DNA of 64,000 nt from Sedimentisphaerales bacterium (GTDB taxonomy: Bacteria > Planctomycetota > Phycisphaerae > Sedimentisphaerales > Anaerobacaceae), in the NCBI GenBank assembly GCA_040772485.1, contig JAXGYC010000008.1:96001-160000 (forward strand), written 5' to 3'. The notes under the pieces were generated by a model that saw only the letters and a list, made by a program, of their open reading frames with translations, made no database searches and was not told where the DNA came from. Positions 35,428 to 44,781 of the stretch are shown in pieces (the stretch's first letter is position 1; every line of letters starts with the position of its first letter). A program made the translations under genes and the position numbers.

Positions 35428-38145
35428 CTATACCGGGTAAACGGGCAACTGCGCTCGCAGCAGTTCGTAGACGGTCTTGCCGCTCTTGACGCACTCGCCC
35501 GCCGTCTGCCGGTACTGCGTGGTCAACTGGTCGAAGTCCAACTTCTTGAGCTCGGCCGGATTCTTCTTGCCGCCGTTGGCAGCGATGAACTTCGCCATGG
35601 TGTCGCTGGCAATATCCCGCGTGAGCTGCCACAGTTCACGACCATCCGCTGCCGCCACCGCCCGGCCCAGAGCCAGCGACATCGACAGGATGGCGTTCAT
35701 GCCCAGCACGCCTTTGCGCTGCATGGCGTGGATCTTCTCCTCTTTCGAGGCGCTCTTGCTGATGCGCCCGGCAGCAACCGCCTGTTCCAGCTCTAGAGCG
35801 AGGAGCTGGCGGTCGGTGTCGAGCAGCGAGCCCAACGAGCCGACGCGCTTGCCGACGAAAGCCTTGGCGAGCACGGTCTCGATGTGCTGGACGGCGTCCA
35901 TGCAGCCCTTGCCTTCATACCGTCGGGACTTCCTCCAGAGGGCCAGAAGCTTCTCATCGTTCTTGGCCCGGACCGCATCGGACTTGACGTCCTTCTTGAA
36001 CCGGAAAGTCCCGTCGCCGGCGTCCTTGAACAGGTCGGGGTACTTCTTGGTGCTCTCGCACGGCTCGATAATGCTGTCCACATAGTGGATGGCTTCGTCC
36101 TCGCCGGCGGAAGTGCCCAGAGGCGTCGAACCCTTGAACCGAATGATGCCGCTCTTGCCGAGGAAGAGCGTGGCGGCTGCCGAGGGGATACCGGCGTTGG
36201 TCGCCTCTTCGGTGCCGCTGACCGCCTCGATCGCCAGCATCTTCATCAGAAGGCTGGTCAGATCGATATCGGCCGCCTTCGGGGAAAGCGTGACGTCGTC
36301 GCGTCCGGTAAACGTCTTCACCAGGTCCTTGACGCTTGCCTCGAGCTCTTTGCGCTCCTCGGCCGTGGTCTGGCGCTGTGTGGCGCGGGCCAGGGCGAGG
36401 ATTTCCATCATGCGGCCGTACTTCTGGAGGCGTTCGGTATTGGCGCCGCCGCCGCACTTGACACCCAGCGCATTCATCGCCGCGCCGATCTCCGCCTCAA
36501 ACGGATCGTTCGGGCTCTTGGACCGGTGCGAGATCACCAGTTCGGCGCCGTAGGCCAGCGAGGTCAGCATGGCCAGCACGGTCTCGGTCAGGGTACCGAT
36601 CTGGTTGGCCTTGATCAGCGAAGCGTTGATTTCGCCGTTCTTGGCGCACTTCTCGATGTTCGAGTCCTTGGTGGTCACCAGGTCGTCGCCGATGATGAAG
36701 ATCTTGTCGCCAAGCTCTTTCATCATGTTCTTCCAGCCCTGATGGTCGCGTTCGCCGAAGCCGTCTTCGATGGACAGAACCGGGATGCCCGCCTGCATCG
36801 CCTCTTTGAAGAGGTTGAGGATGTCGTCCCGGCTCATCTCGACCTTGTCCTTGTCGCGCCAGAAGCGGTACATGCCGACGGAGTCAGGCTCGCCTCGCTC
36901 CTCACGATAGGCGTTCTCGAGTTCGGAGCAGGCCGGGTCGAGGGCGATGGCGACATCGACACCCGGGACGTACTCGCAGTCCAGAATGGCCTGCTTCATG
37001 AACCGCCACATCCTCTGCTCGGGCACCCTGTCGCCCTGCTCTTTGTCGATGTAGGGCGCGATGCCGCCTTCCAGACCGACACCCATCACCTTGGCGCCGG
37101 GGGCCGCCTCGATGATCTCCTTGAGGCGGGACTGGAGTTTCACGGTCATTTCCTGGGCGTCTTCATAGGTCTTCGGCGAAAGCGGCATGAACATGCTTTC
37201 CTGCATGGAGATGTTGCTTTCGGGATACTCCTTCTCGGTGTGCCGACCACCCATGGCGCAGTTGCGGAACTGCCAGGGAGCCGCGACGCGGCTGCCGTCC
37301 TTCAAGGTGACGGACTGCATACGCGTGGTCAGCAGCTTCTGCTTGACCGTGGCGACCTGCACCGGCCAGCTCTCCTTCGAGGCGGCAGCGGCGGCGCGAG
37401 CGGCCTGCTCGGCGGCAACCTTCTCGCGGGTGCGGAATTCCTTGAGCTTGCCCGGGTCGGCCAGGAATCTGTCGAGCAGACCAACCACACCGGGGGCCAG
37501 GAAGAACCGCCCGATATAGATCATCCAATCCTGCTCTGCCCACAATCCCACGATGATGAAGAAGGCGGCGATTGGCAGGAAGATGGTGGCTAACCACTGG
37601 CTCCAGACCGGTGCCGCGGCGGACACGGCCAGGTTGTACGGCGCATCGGGAGCGAAGTTGCCGTTCTCTTTCCGAACGCCATAGAACTTGCCCCACGGGA
37701 TCAGAAGGAACATCTGGGCGTAATAGCCGAACTTGCTGCCGCTCGCGAGGGCGGCATCGGCCTTTTCCTGCGAATCCTTGTTCAGGGCCGTCAGCTTGGC
37801 GGCGGTCAGGAAATGGCCCATTTCATGGATCGCGATGGCGATGTGCCACGAGAGATAGAGAATCGCAAGAGAGATCCACAGTTCCATGTGCGCCGGGGAG
37901 AACATGAAGTTCAGCACCACGTATTTGATGTTCTCGCCCGCAGCGGCTCGCGTACTGAGTTCCGCAGCCGGAAGGCTCAGAACCGACGAAATGAAGGCGG
38001 CGTGGAACGACACCAGCTTGTGGTTGGCGATGACCCAGCCACGCTCCAGGTAACCGGCGGGATTTACCTGGACGCCCGGCGTCTCCGTTGCGCGTCCGCG
38101 CCTGCTGCTGCCCAGTTTCGCTGTCAGTTTTCTCAATTCGACCAT
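35428..38145 (-). CDS. eno: Circularly permuted enolase fused to an N-terminal multi-TM HExxH domain
   Basis: Barrel motifs GGRH, QE, GLEGG, LDPACSE, SIEDG, GDDL, LIKANQIGTLTET, SHRS and VKCG come first (res ~291-582). Capping-domain motifs PLGTSAG..EA, RYEGKG and LGMNAILSMSLA come later (res ~639 onward). Confidence 0.88.
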   Translation of the reverse strand: MVELRKLTAKLGSSRRGRATETPGVQVNPAGYLERGWVIANHKLVSFHAAFISSVLSLPAAELSTRAAAGENIKYVVLNFMFSPAHMELWISLAILYLSWHIAIAIHEMGHFLTAAKLTALNKDSQEKADAALASGSKFGYYAQMFLLIPWGKFYGVRKENGNFAPDAPYNLAVSAAAPVWSQWLATIFLPIAAFFIIVGLWAEQDWMIYIGRFFLAPGVVGLLDRFLADPGKLKEFRTREKVAAEQAARAAAAASKESWPVQVATVKQKLLTTRMQSVTLKDGSRVAAPWQFRNCAMGGRHTEKEYPESNISMQESMFMPLSPKTYEDAQEMTVKLQSRLKEIIEAAPGAKVMGVGLEGGIAPYIDKEQGDRVPEQRMWRFMKQAILDCEYVPGVDVAIALDPACSELENAYREERGEPDSVGMYRFWRDKDKVEMSRDDILNLFKEAMQAGIPVLSIEDGFGERDHQGWKNMMKELGDKIFIIGDDLVTTKDSNIEKCAKNGEINASLIKANQIGTLTETVLAMLTSLAYGAELVISHRSKSPNDPFEAEIGAAMNALGVKCGGGANTERLQKYGRMMEILALARATQRQTTAEERKELEASVKDLVKTFTGRDDVTLSPKAADIDLTSLLMKMLAIEAVSGTEEATNAGIPSAAATLFLGKSGIIRFKGSTPLGTSAGEDEAIHYVDSIIEPCESTKKYPDLFKDAGDGTFRFKKDVKSDAVRAKNDEKLLALWRKSRRYEGKGCMDAVQHIETVLAKAFVGKRVGSLGSLLDTDRQLLALELEQAVAAGRISKSASKEEKIHAMQRKGVLGMNAILSMSLALGRAVAAADGRELWQLTRDIASDTMAKFIAANGGKKNPAELKKLDFDQLTTQYRQTAGECVKSGKTVYELLRAQLPVYPV

Positions 38146-38298
38146 TTCGTTGCTTCTCCTTTTCCGTTATCTCTTCATCGAGACCTGCCGGCTTGCCGCC
38201 GAGAAGGCTCATGGGCTCTCTTCGCCGGGTTTTCTACCAGAGTCCGCCAGATCGGCGCGGTCACTGTCCGTACTTCTCCCGGCCTTGGGAAATGCAAG

Positions 38299-38327
38299 AA
38301 AATACAATCTCCGCCGCAGACCGTCAA
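38299..38327 (-). promoter_or_regulatory. Sigma70-type promoter of the enolase gene
   Basis: TTGACG-N17-TATTTT on the minus strand, about 155 nt upstream of the ATG. Confidence 0.55.
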
Positions 38328-38450
38328 GGATAGATTCCACAACTTTTGTCTCATATTGAGGGCGCTTGACGCCCCCGGACCGGCCGCAGCGGTCGTTTTG
38401 AAAATAATCCGCACAAATCCGTAACAACGCGGCCCCGGTTGCGTCCTTAG

Positions 38451-38473
38451 TGGTAGAGGCGCCGGGGATCGAA
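38451..38473 (-). other. Orphan tmRNA/tRNA-like 3'-end fragment (possible att-site scar)
   Basis: The minus strand reads TTCGATCCCCGGCGCCTCTACCA (T-loop, T-stem 3' strand, acceptor strand, ACCA). The matching 5' T-stem strand is absent. Confidence 0.5.
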
Positions 38474-38570
38474 GTGAGGGCTCCGGTCCCTGTACCGCAG
38501 AGCGCCCGGCCAGATAGGACCGCCCGACGGACTATCTGCCCGCACACGTCTCTATGTTGTTTCTTGGGAC

Positions 38571-38600
38571 AGGGCCGATTGGGCGGAGGATCGGCCTTTT
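38571..38600 (+). terminator. Intrinsic terminator-like hairpin upstream of psd
   Basis: GGCCGAT...ATCGGCC followed by TTTT. Confidence 0.45.
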
Positions 38601-38640
38601 CTATTGCCCGCGCTACCGGCCGGGTCTATCATATCCGGCT

Positions 38641-39327
38641 ATGAGGATACCATTGACCAGGTATGGATGGCCCCAGGTGGTCGTCTACCCCGTTCTCGTC
38701 GTCGCGGCCATGCTGGCAGTCGCCCTGGGAGGGTCGGCGCATACCCCTTTGTGGGCTGTTGTCGTGACGGAGGCCATCCTGGCGGTCGTCCTGGTTTGGG
38801 CATTGATGTTCTTCCGGGATCCTCGACGAAACGCACCGCAGGATGAAACGCTGCTCATCGCTCCGGCTGACGGCAGGGTGACCGATATCGAGCAGACGCA
38901 ACAGAACGACTTCCTCGAAGGGCCGGCTCTGCGGATCGGCATCTTCCTGAGCATCTTCAACGTGCACATCAACCGATCCCCGTGCAGCGCCAGGGTCGAG
39001 ACAATTGCCTATCGCAAAGGCAGTTACCTCAACGCCATGAACCCTTTGTCGGCCAAGGTCAACGAGTCGAACACGCTGACCCTGGTGCGGACTGAGGAAC
39101 CCAGGGACCGTCTGGTAGTGCGGCAGGTCAGCGGAGCTATCGCCAGACGCATCGTCTGCGAAGCGAAGGAAGGCGGCAGCTTGAGCCAGGGCCAGGCGTT
39201 CGGCATGATCAAATTCGGTTCTCGAACCGAACTCTATGTGCCCGCGAGCGTGCCAATCGAGTGTCTGGTCTGCATCGGGGATGCCGTCAAGGCAGGCGTT
39301 ACTCCTCTATTGAGGTATGGAAAGTGA
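38641..39327 (+). CDS. psd: Phosphatidylserine decarboxylase proenzyme
   Basis: FFRDPRR, APADG, IFLSIFNVHINRSP, NE, ARRIVC and the FGSRT self-cleavage site. Confidence 0.95.
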   Translation: MRIPLTRYGWPQVVVYPVLVVAAMLAVALGGSAHTPLWAVVVTEAILAVVLVWALMFFRDPRRNAPQDETLLIAPADGRVTDIEQTQQNDFLEGPALRIGIFLSIFNVHINRSPCSARVETIAYRKGSYLNAMNPLSAKVNESNTLTLVRTEEPRDRLVVRQVSGAIARRIVCEAKEGGSLSQGQAFGMIKFGSRTELYVPASVPIECLVCIGDAVKAGVTPLLRYGK

Positions 39328-40229
39328 GACGACTCAGATCGAGACCGAAACGAGACAAAGGCCGGTTCCTGAGGCGGATGCGCAGCCAGCGGGTCAAGTA
39401 CATCACCATACTGCCCTCGCTGATCACCATACTGAACGGCGTCTTCGGGTTTACCGCAATCGTTTTCGCGAGCCGAGGAGCGGAAGGAGGCACGGCAGGC
39501 TCCTCGTATTTCGCGATGGCTGGCTATATGATCCTGCTGGCGATGTTTGCCGACATGCTCGATGGTCGTCTGGCCCGGATGAGCCAGTCCACCTCCAGCT
39601 TTGGCGGCCAACTGGACAGTCTTTGTGACATGGTCAGCTTCGGCGTGGCGCCGGCCTTCATCATGCTCAAGGCCATCCAGGTCCACCAGGAGCTGACGAC
39701 CCCGTTGGGGGGGGGCCTTTTTCATCGCTTCATCTGGCTGGCGGCCCTGGCGTACATCAGTTGCGCAGCCATCCGTCTGGCCCGTTTCAACGTGGAAAAC
39801 GAAGAGAACGAAGCGGCGCATATGAGCTTTGCGGGCCTTCCAAGCCCAGGGGCGGCCGGGACGATTGTCAGCTTGGTCATCTTTCACCAGGAGGTGATGC
39901 CTACCCTCAATGCGGCGATCTTTGCGCTGCCGTTCCTGACACTCGGGGTTGCCGTTCTCATGGTCAGTCGCATCCGATACCCGCACGTGTTGAACCTCTA
40001 TCTCAGGGGCAAGCAGCCGTTCGGCTATCTGATGAGGGTGCTGCTGTTTCTGGGCATCGTGCTGTGGTTGGGCATGCAGACGGCCCTGCTGCTAATCTTC
40101 CTGGTCTTTGCGGGCAGCGGACTGGCCCGATGGCTTTACCTCCAGGCGCACCCGGGCAGGCATCATCTCGTCGATGTCGCTACAGGCGTGACCGCTCCGT
40201 CCTCAGGCCACTCCGAAGTGCGCGGGTAG
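39324..40229 (+). CDS. pssA: CDP-diacylglycerol--serine O-phosphatidyltransferase
   Basis: LPSLITILN, DMLDGRLAR...FGGQLDSLCDMVSFGVAP, RLARFN, GLPSP; adjacent to psd. Confidence 0.93.
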   Translation: MRRLRSRPKRDKGRFLRRMRSQRVKYITILPSLITILNGVFGFTAIVFASRGAEGGTAGSSYFAMAGYMILLAMFADMLDGRLARMSQSTSSFGGQLDSLCDMVSFGVAPAFIMLKAIQVHQELTTPLGGGLFHRFIWLAALAYISCAAIRLARFNVENEENEAAHMSFAGLPSPGAAGTIVSLVIFHQEVMPTLNAAIFALPFLTLGVAVLMVSRIRYPHVLNLYLRGKQPFGYLMRVLLFLGIVLWLGMQTALLLIFLVFAGSGLARWLYLQAHPGRHHLVDVATGVTAPSSGHSEVRG

Positions 40230-40234
40230 TGCCG

Positions 40235-41089
40235 CTATTGCAGGGCCCCGGCCGGGATGTGTGCGGGGTTCGGGCCAGGCTCCGGCCGATGCATCTCCTG
40301 ATGGACGCCGGCGGACTGGTTGATCTGGTAGTAGCGGTCCACAACCGCCGCCAGACGCGACAGCACCTCTCGGCCCTCGTCACTGGCCTCCAGACCCACG
40401 ATTTGCAGACCCAGGCACAACGCCGTCCGGTCGGCGGTCGGGAGCACGTTGCGGATCTGGGCGCTGAACATCAGAGGCGTCTCATAGGGCATCGGGGTGA
40501 ACCGCACCCCGATGAACTGCCCCTTGCGGAATTCGGACTCGGCCACCCCTGTAGCATCCGCACTTCCGGCCGCCTTCAGGGGAACGGTCAACTGGGCTCC
40601 GCCCGCGGAGATGTCCATCAGTCGGCCTTCGAAATACTCCTGCCCCGACCCTTTCGACTTCCGCTGGCTGGTTCGATGCCAGAGCACCACCTTGACCTTG
40701 AGCGATTCGGGTACGTTGACGCGGAAATAGCTGCGTCGCTGGACCACCCCGATGCGGTCGGGCGCCGCCAGGACGATGGTCCCGCCGGCCTCCGGATCGG
40801 ACGAGGGCTCCAGCGCTACGACGCTGGTATCAAAAACGAATTTGCCATAGGCGTGTTTGAAGTTCACGCCAACGGGCTGATCGACGCGGATGTTGATCGG
40901 GTGAGGCTTTCCCGAAGAGTGACAACCTTCGACGTAGAGCTTGCCGCCGGAAAGCTCGCGCATGACGACCTTCGCCACGTGCCACTTCTCCTTCGACAGG
41001 TAAGACATGATCGCCGGCGCGTGCTCGCCCGCCACCGTTTGAAGGACGGACTGGGATTCATGCCCTTCCAGCATGACGATTTCGCTCAT
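40235..41089 (-). CDS. PilZ-domain c-di-GMP effector (YcgR/flagellar-brake-like)
   Basis: QRRSYFRV (RxxxR) and DISAGG (DxSxxG) motifs preceded by a YcgR-N-like region. Confidence 0.85.
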   Translation of the reverse strand: MSEIVMLEGHESQSVLQTVAGEHAPAIMSYLSKEKWHVAKVVMRELSGGKLYVEGCHSSGKPHPINIRVDQPVGVNFKHAYGKFVFDTSVVALEPSSDPEAGGTIVLAAPDRIGVVQRRSYFRVNVPESLKVKVVLWHRTSQRKSKGSGQEYFEGRLMDISAGGAQLTVPLKAAGSADATGVAESEFRKGQFIGVRFTPMPYETPLMFSAQIRNVLPTADRTALCLGLQIVGLEASDEGREVLSRLAAVVDRYYQINQSAGVHQEMHRPEPGPNPAHIPAGALQ

Positions 41090-41276
41090 ATGAGCCTCCC
41101 GAATATACGTCTAAAGTTGGCGCTCTTGCGGGGGCTCGAACGCCGCTCGGCTCCCTGGTCCGCAGCGACGACCGAACACTATCCCTGCCCCGCCCTCCCT
41201 TCGGCACAACCGACCCCATCGGCTCGGTGTATTCCGGACAGGACGGCGGGCTGAGGCCCTCTTAAAACATAGATAA

Positions 41277-41304
41277 TAATCGGCTATCGACAAGACCGGC
41301 CTTA
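41277..41304 (-). promoter_or_regulatory. Candidate sigma28 (FliA) promoter for the PilZ gene
   Basis: TAAG-N16-GCCGATTA on the minus strand. Confidence 0.5.
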
Positions 41305-41629
41305 GGCGAAATCCCGTCACGGTCAAGATCGCTCGCGCCGGCGTGATCTGAACCGCCTGGCGGACGGCAAGGCGGACACAAGCCCGATAATCCGGGCGAT
41401 CGCAGGCCTGAAGAAACGCTTCGGCACTGGGCATCGCATCCGCTGTTGCCCGCCCACGACTCACCGTCGTGTGCGCCGATACGGATGGCCTTCCATAGAA
41501 AGGTCCCGCCGGAGTGCTCCGGCCAGAATCGGGCGAATCCCACAAAGCGATTGAAAAGGCTGTCGGCACAGACTATTCTACGGCGTGGCTGATCGCGGCG
41601 ATCACCGACACCGCGTTGGGGAAATCGAC

Positions 41630-42583
41630 ATGCAGAAACGCAAACTGGGCGATACCGATATGCCGTTGACCACCGTCGGCCTGGGCACGTGGGCGATGGG
41701 CGGTCCGTGGCAGTTCGGCTGGGGCCCGCAGGACGATGAAGAGGCCCTGGCCGCGATCCTGGCGGCGCTCGATCGAGGCATCAACTGGATCGACACGGCT
41801 CCCGCCTATGGCCTTGGCCATTCGGAAGAGTTGGTCGGTCAGGCGCTGCGACAGACGAAGCACAGGCCTTACATCGCCACGAAGTGCGGCCTGCTCTGGA
41901 ACGACAGAAAGGAGAAGGTCCCCTGCCTGAGGCCCGAGAGCATCCGGCAGGAGTGCCACGCCAGCCTTAAACGCATGGGCATCGAGACCATCGATTTGTA
42001 CCAGATGCACTGGCCAGATCCCGACGAGGAGATCGAACGGGCCTGGGAGGAGATGGCCCGCCTGGTCGATGAGGGCAAGGTCCGCTACATCGGCGTCTCC
42101 AACTACAACGTCGCTCAGCTCGAACGCATCCGCCGAATCCATCCGCCTGCATCGTTGCAGCCGCCCTACAGTATGCTCCACCGGGAGGCGGAGGAAGAGT
42201 TGCTGCCCTACTGCGCGCAGCATCACATGGGCGTCGTGGTGTACAGCCCCATGCAGCGAGGACTGCTCACGGGCAAGTTCAGCCACGAAAGGCTCGCGGC
42301 CCTGGCGCCCGACGACCATCGCAGGCGACATCCCGACTTCCGGGAGCCTCGGTTCAGCGCGACGCTGGAGCTGGTGGAGCAACTGAAGAAGATCGCCCGG
42401 CGCCACAGACGGACCTGTTCACAACTGGCGATCAGTTGGGTGCTGCGACGCCGGGAGGTCACCGCCGCGATCGTCGGCGCGCGACGGCCCGACCAGATCG
42501 AGGAAACCGTGCAGGCCTCCGGCTGGAACCTCCGCGAAGACGACGTCGAAGAGATCGAGCGGCTCCTCGCCGAAAAGCTATAG
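41630..42583 (+). CDS. Aldo/keto reductase
   Basis: [60 protein letters not shown]. Confidence 0.95.
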   Translation: MQKRKLGDTDMPLTTVGLGTWAMGGPWQFGWGPQDDEEALAAILAALDRGINWIDTAPAYGLGHSEELVGQALRQTKHRPYIATKCGLLWNDRKEKVPCLRPESIRQECHASLKRMGIETIDLYQMHWPDPDEEIERAWEEMARLVDEGKVRYIGVSNYNVAQLERIRRIHPPASLQPPYSMLHREAEEELLPYCAQHHMGVVVYSPMQRGLLTGKFSHERLAALAPDDHRRRHPDFREPRFSATLELVEQLKKIARRHRRTCSQLAISWVLRRREVTAAIVGARRPDQIEETVQASGWNLREDDVEEIERLLAEKL

Positions 42584-42627
42584 GTCCTGTCGGTCGAATA
42601 GGCCCTGCGATTGGGAGAAGGAAGGAA

Positions 42628-44061
42628 ATGGCAACAGAGAAGACGTGTTACACCAGTCCACTGGTCGAACGGAATGCGTCGCCCGAGATGGCGGCCCTCT
42701 TCGGCGCGCAGAAGAAGTTCAGCACGTGGCGCCGGCTCTGGCTCGAACTGGCCAGGGCCCAGAAGAAGCTCGGTCTGGACATCAGGAAGAACCAGATCGA
42801 TCAGATGGCCCGCCACCTGGACGACATCGATTTCGCGAAGGCCGCCCGGTATGAGAAGGAGCTGCGCCACGACGTGATGGCCCACATCCGCACGTTTGGC
42901 GACGCAGCGCCGAAGGCGGCGCCGATCATCCACCTTGGCGCCACGAGTTGTTACGTCGGGGACAACACCGATCTGATCATCATGCGAGAGGCGCTGCACA
43001 TGGTCGCAGGCAAGCTGGCTTCGGTGATCGACCTGCTCGGCCGGTTTGCAGAGAAACACCGCGCGATGGCCACGCTGGGGTTTACGCACTTCCAGCCGGC
43101 CCAGTTGACGACGGTCGGCAAGCGCGCGACGCTCTGGTGTCAGGAGTTCACGATGGACCTCCAGGAGGTCGAGTACCGCATCGAGAACCTGCCGTTCCGC
43201 GGCGTCAAGGGCACGACCGGGACGCAAGCATCGTTCCTGGCGCTGTTTGAAGGCCGGCACAACAAGGTCAAGCAGCTCGACAAGGACGTCGCGACGGCGT
43301 TCGGCTTCAAGAAGCTCTGTCCCGTCACCGGCCAGACCTACTCGCGCAAGATCGACATGCTCGTGGTCAACGCGCTGGCCTCGATCGCCCAATCGGCCCA
43401 CAAGGTCTGCAACGACATCCGCCTGCTGGCGAACCTCAAGGAGATGGAGGAACCGTTTGAGAAATCGCAGGTCGGCTCGTCTGCGATGGCCTACAAGCGA
43501 AACCCGATGCGGTGCGAACGCGTCACGTCGTTGAGCCGGCTCGTGCTGAGCCTGGCGACCAGTCCCGCGATGACCGCATCGGAGCAGTGGTTCGAGCGGA
43601 CGCTGGACGACTCGGCCAATCGGCGCGTCGTGCTGCCCGAGGCATTTCTGGCGGTCGACGGAATTCTCCAGATCCTGATCAACGTCTTCGACGGCCTGGT
43701 GGTGTATCCGCAGGTGATCGAAGCCCATGTCGAAGCCGAGCTGCCGTTCATGGCCACCGAGAACATCCTCATGGCGGCCGTCAAGGCCGGCGGCGACCGG
43801 CAGGAGCTGCACGAGAAAATCCGCCTGCACTCCCAGGCCGCCGCCGCTCAGGTCAAGACCTTCGGTAGACCCAACGACCTGATCGGCCGGCTCCGGGCCG
43901 ACATCGCCTTCGCCAGTATCGACTTCGAGAAGGTGCTCGACCCCCAGGCCTACGTCGGACGCGCGCCCCAGCAGGTGGACGAATTTATCAAAACCATCGT
44001 CGCCCCCGTCCGCAAACGATACAGCAGGCAGCTCAACCGCCGCGTTGAACTCAACGTCTAA
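42628..44061 (+). CDS. purB: Adenylosuccinate lyase
   Basis: [34 protein letters not shown]. Confidence 0.96.
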   Translation: MATEKTCYTSPLVERNASPEMAALFGAQKKFSTWRRLWLELARAQKKLGLDIRKNQIDQMARHLDDIDFAKAARYEKELRHDVMAHIRTFGDAAPKAAPIIHLGATSCYVGDNTDLIIMREALHMVAGKLASVIDLLGRFAEKHRAMATLGFTHFQPAQLTTVGKRATLWCQEFTMDLQEVEYRIENLPFRGVKGTTGTQASFLALFEGRHNKVKQLDKDVATAFGFKKLCPVTGQTYSRKIDMLVVNALASIAQSAHKVCNDIRLLANLKEMEEPFEKSQVGSSAMAYKRNPMRCERVTSLSRLVLSLATSPAMTASEQWFERTLDDSANRRVVLPEAFLAVDGILQILINVFDGLVVYPQVIEAHVEAELPFMATENILMAAVKAGGDRQELHEKIRLHSQAAAAQVKTFGRPNDLIGRLRADIAFASIDFEKVLDPQAYVGRAPQQVDEFIKTIVAPVRKRYSRQLNRRVELNV

Positions 44062-44075
44062 GGAGATGGCTTCAC

Positions 44076-44600
44076 GTGAATAGAAAAGAACTGATTCAAC
44101 GGATCAAAGAGACGGCGTATCTCGAAGGGGACTTCACGCTTCGCAGCGGCAAGAAGAGCAAGTACTACCTCGACAAGTACCTCTTCGAGACCTGTCCGGA
44201 CATTCTCAAGGCTCTGGGGGCCGAGTTCGCCAAGCACATGACCGACGACGTGACGCTCATCGCCGGCGCCGAGCTGGGCGGCGTAGCGCTGGCGGCGGCC
44301 ACCGCCATGAAGACCGGCAAGAACTGGGTGATCATCCGCAACAGCAAAAAGGGCTACGGCACCGGCAAGATGGTCGAGGGCGTTTTGAAGGCGGGCGACG
44401 TCGTGCTGCTGGTCGAGGACATCGCCACCACCGGCGGCCAAGTTCTTGAAGCGGCCAAGATCATCACGGACGCCGGAGCGACGGTCACGAGGATCGTCGC
44501 CGTCATCGACCGCAAACAGGGCGCCGAGGAGAACATCACCGGCGCCGGCTACGTCTTCGAGTCGATCCTGACCAAGCACGACCTGGGGATCACGGACTGA
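44076..44600 (+). CDS. pyrE: Orotate phosphoribosyltransferase
   Basis: GDFTLRSGKKSKYYLDK, KGYGT, LVEDIATTGG PRPP loop. Confidence 0.95.
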   Translation: MNRKELIQRIKETAYLEGDFTLRSGKKSKYYLDKYLFETCPDILKALGAEFAKHMTDDVTLIAGAELGGVALAAATAMKTGKNWVIIRNSKKGYGTGKMVEGVLKAGDVVLLVEDIATTGGQVLEAAKIITDAGATVTRIVAVIDRKQGAEENITGAGYVFESILTKHDLGITD

Positions 44601-44745
44601 GGGTCTGAGGCTCCAAAGCCGTTGACGGCCCTTCCAGCCTGACCCAATACCCATCCGAGCGTGCGGCTGAGGGCACCTCAAAGCTTGTGCCTGCGCTCAT
44701 CGCGACCAAAGCAGAAGAATTTTTCGCGAATCTCGGTAATTTGCA

Positions 44746-44774
44746 TTGACAGCTACCTTGCAATGCCCTATAGT
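44746..44774 (+). promoter_or_regulatory. Near-consensus sigma70 promoter of padR
   Basis: TTGACA-N17-TATAGT, with 7 nt between it and the ATG at 44782. Confidence 0.75.
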
Positions 44775-44781
44775 GCATCGC

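Noticed and set aside
38451..38560. Lysine riboswitch, SAM-I riboswitch or SRP RNA identity for the structured element
   Set aside because: Only short word matches (AGAGGCGC; GAGGG..GGTCCC; CCCTGTACC). The remaining conserved cores, such as the SRP helix-8 motif, are absent.
42628..44061. purB resembling the eukaryote-like subtype as a sign of gene transfer
   Set aside because: This subtype is known in many bacteria and sits in ordinary housekeeping context next to pyrE.
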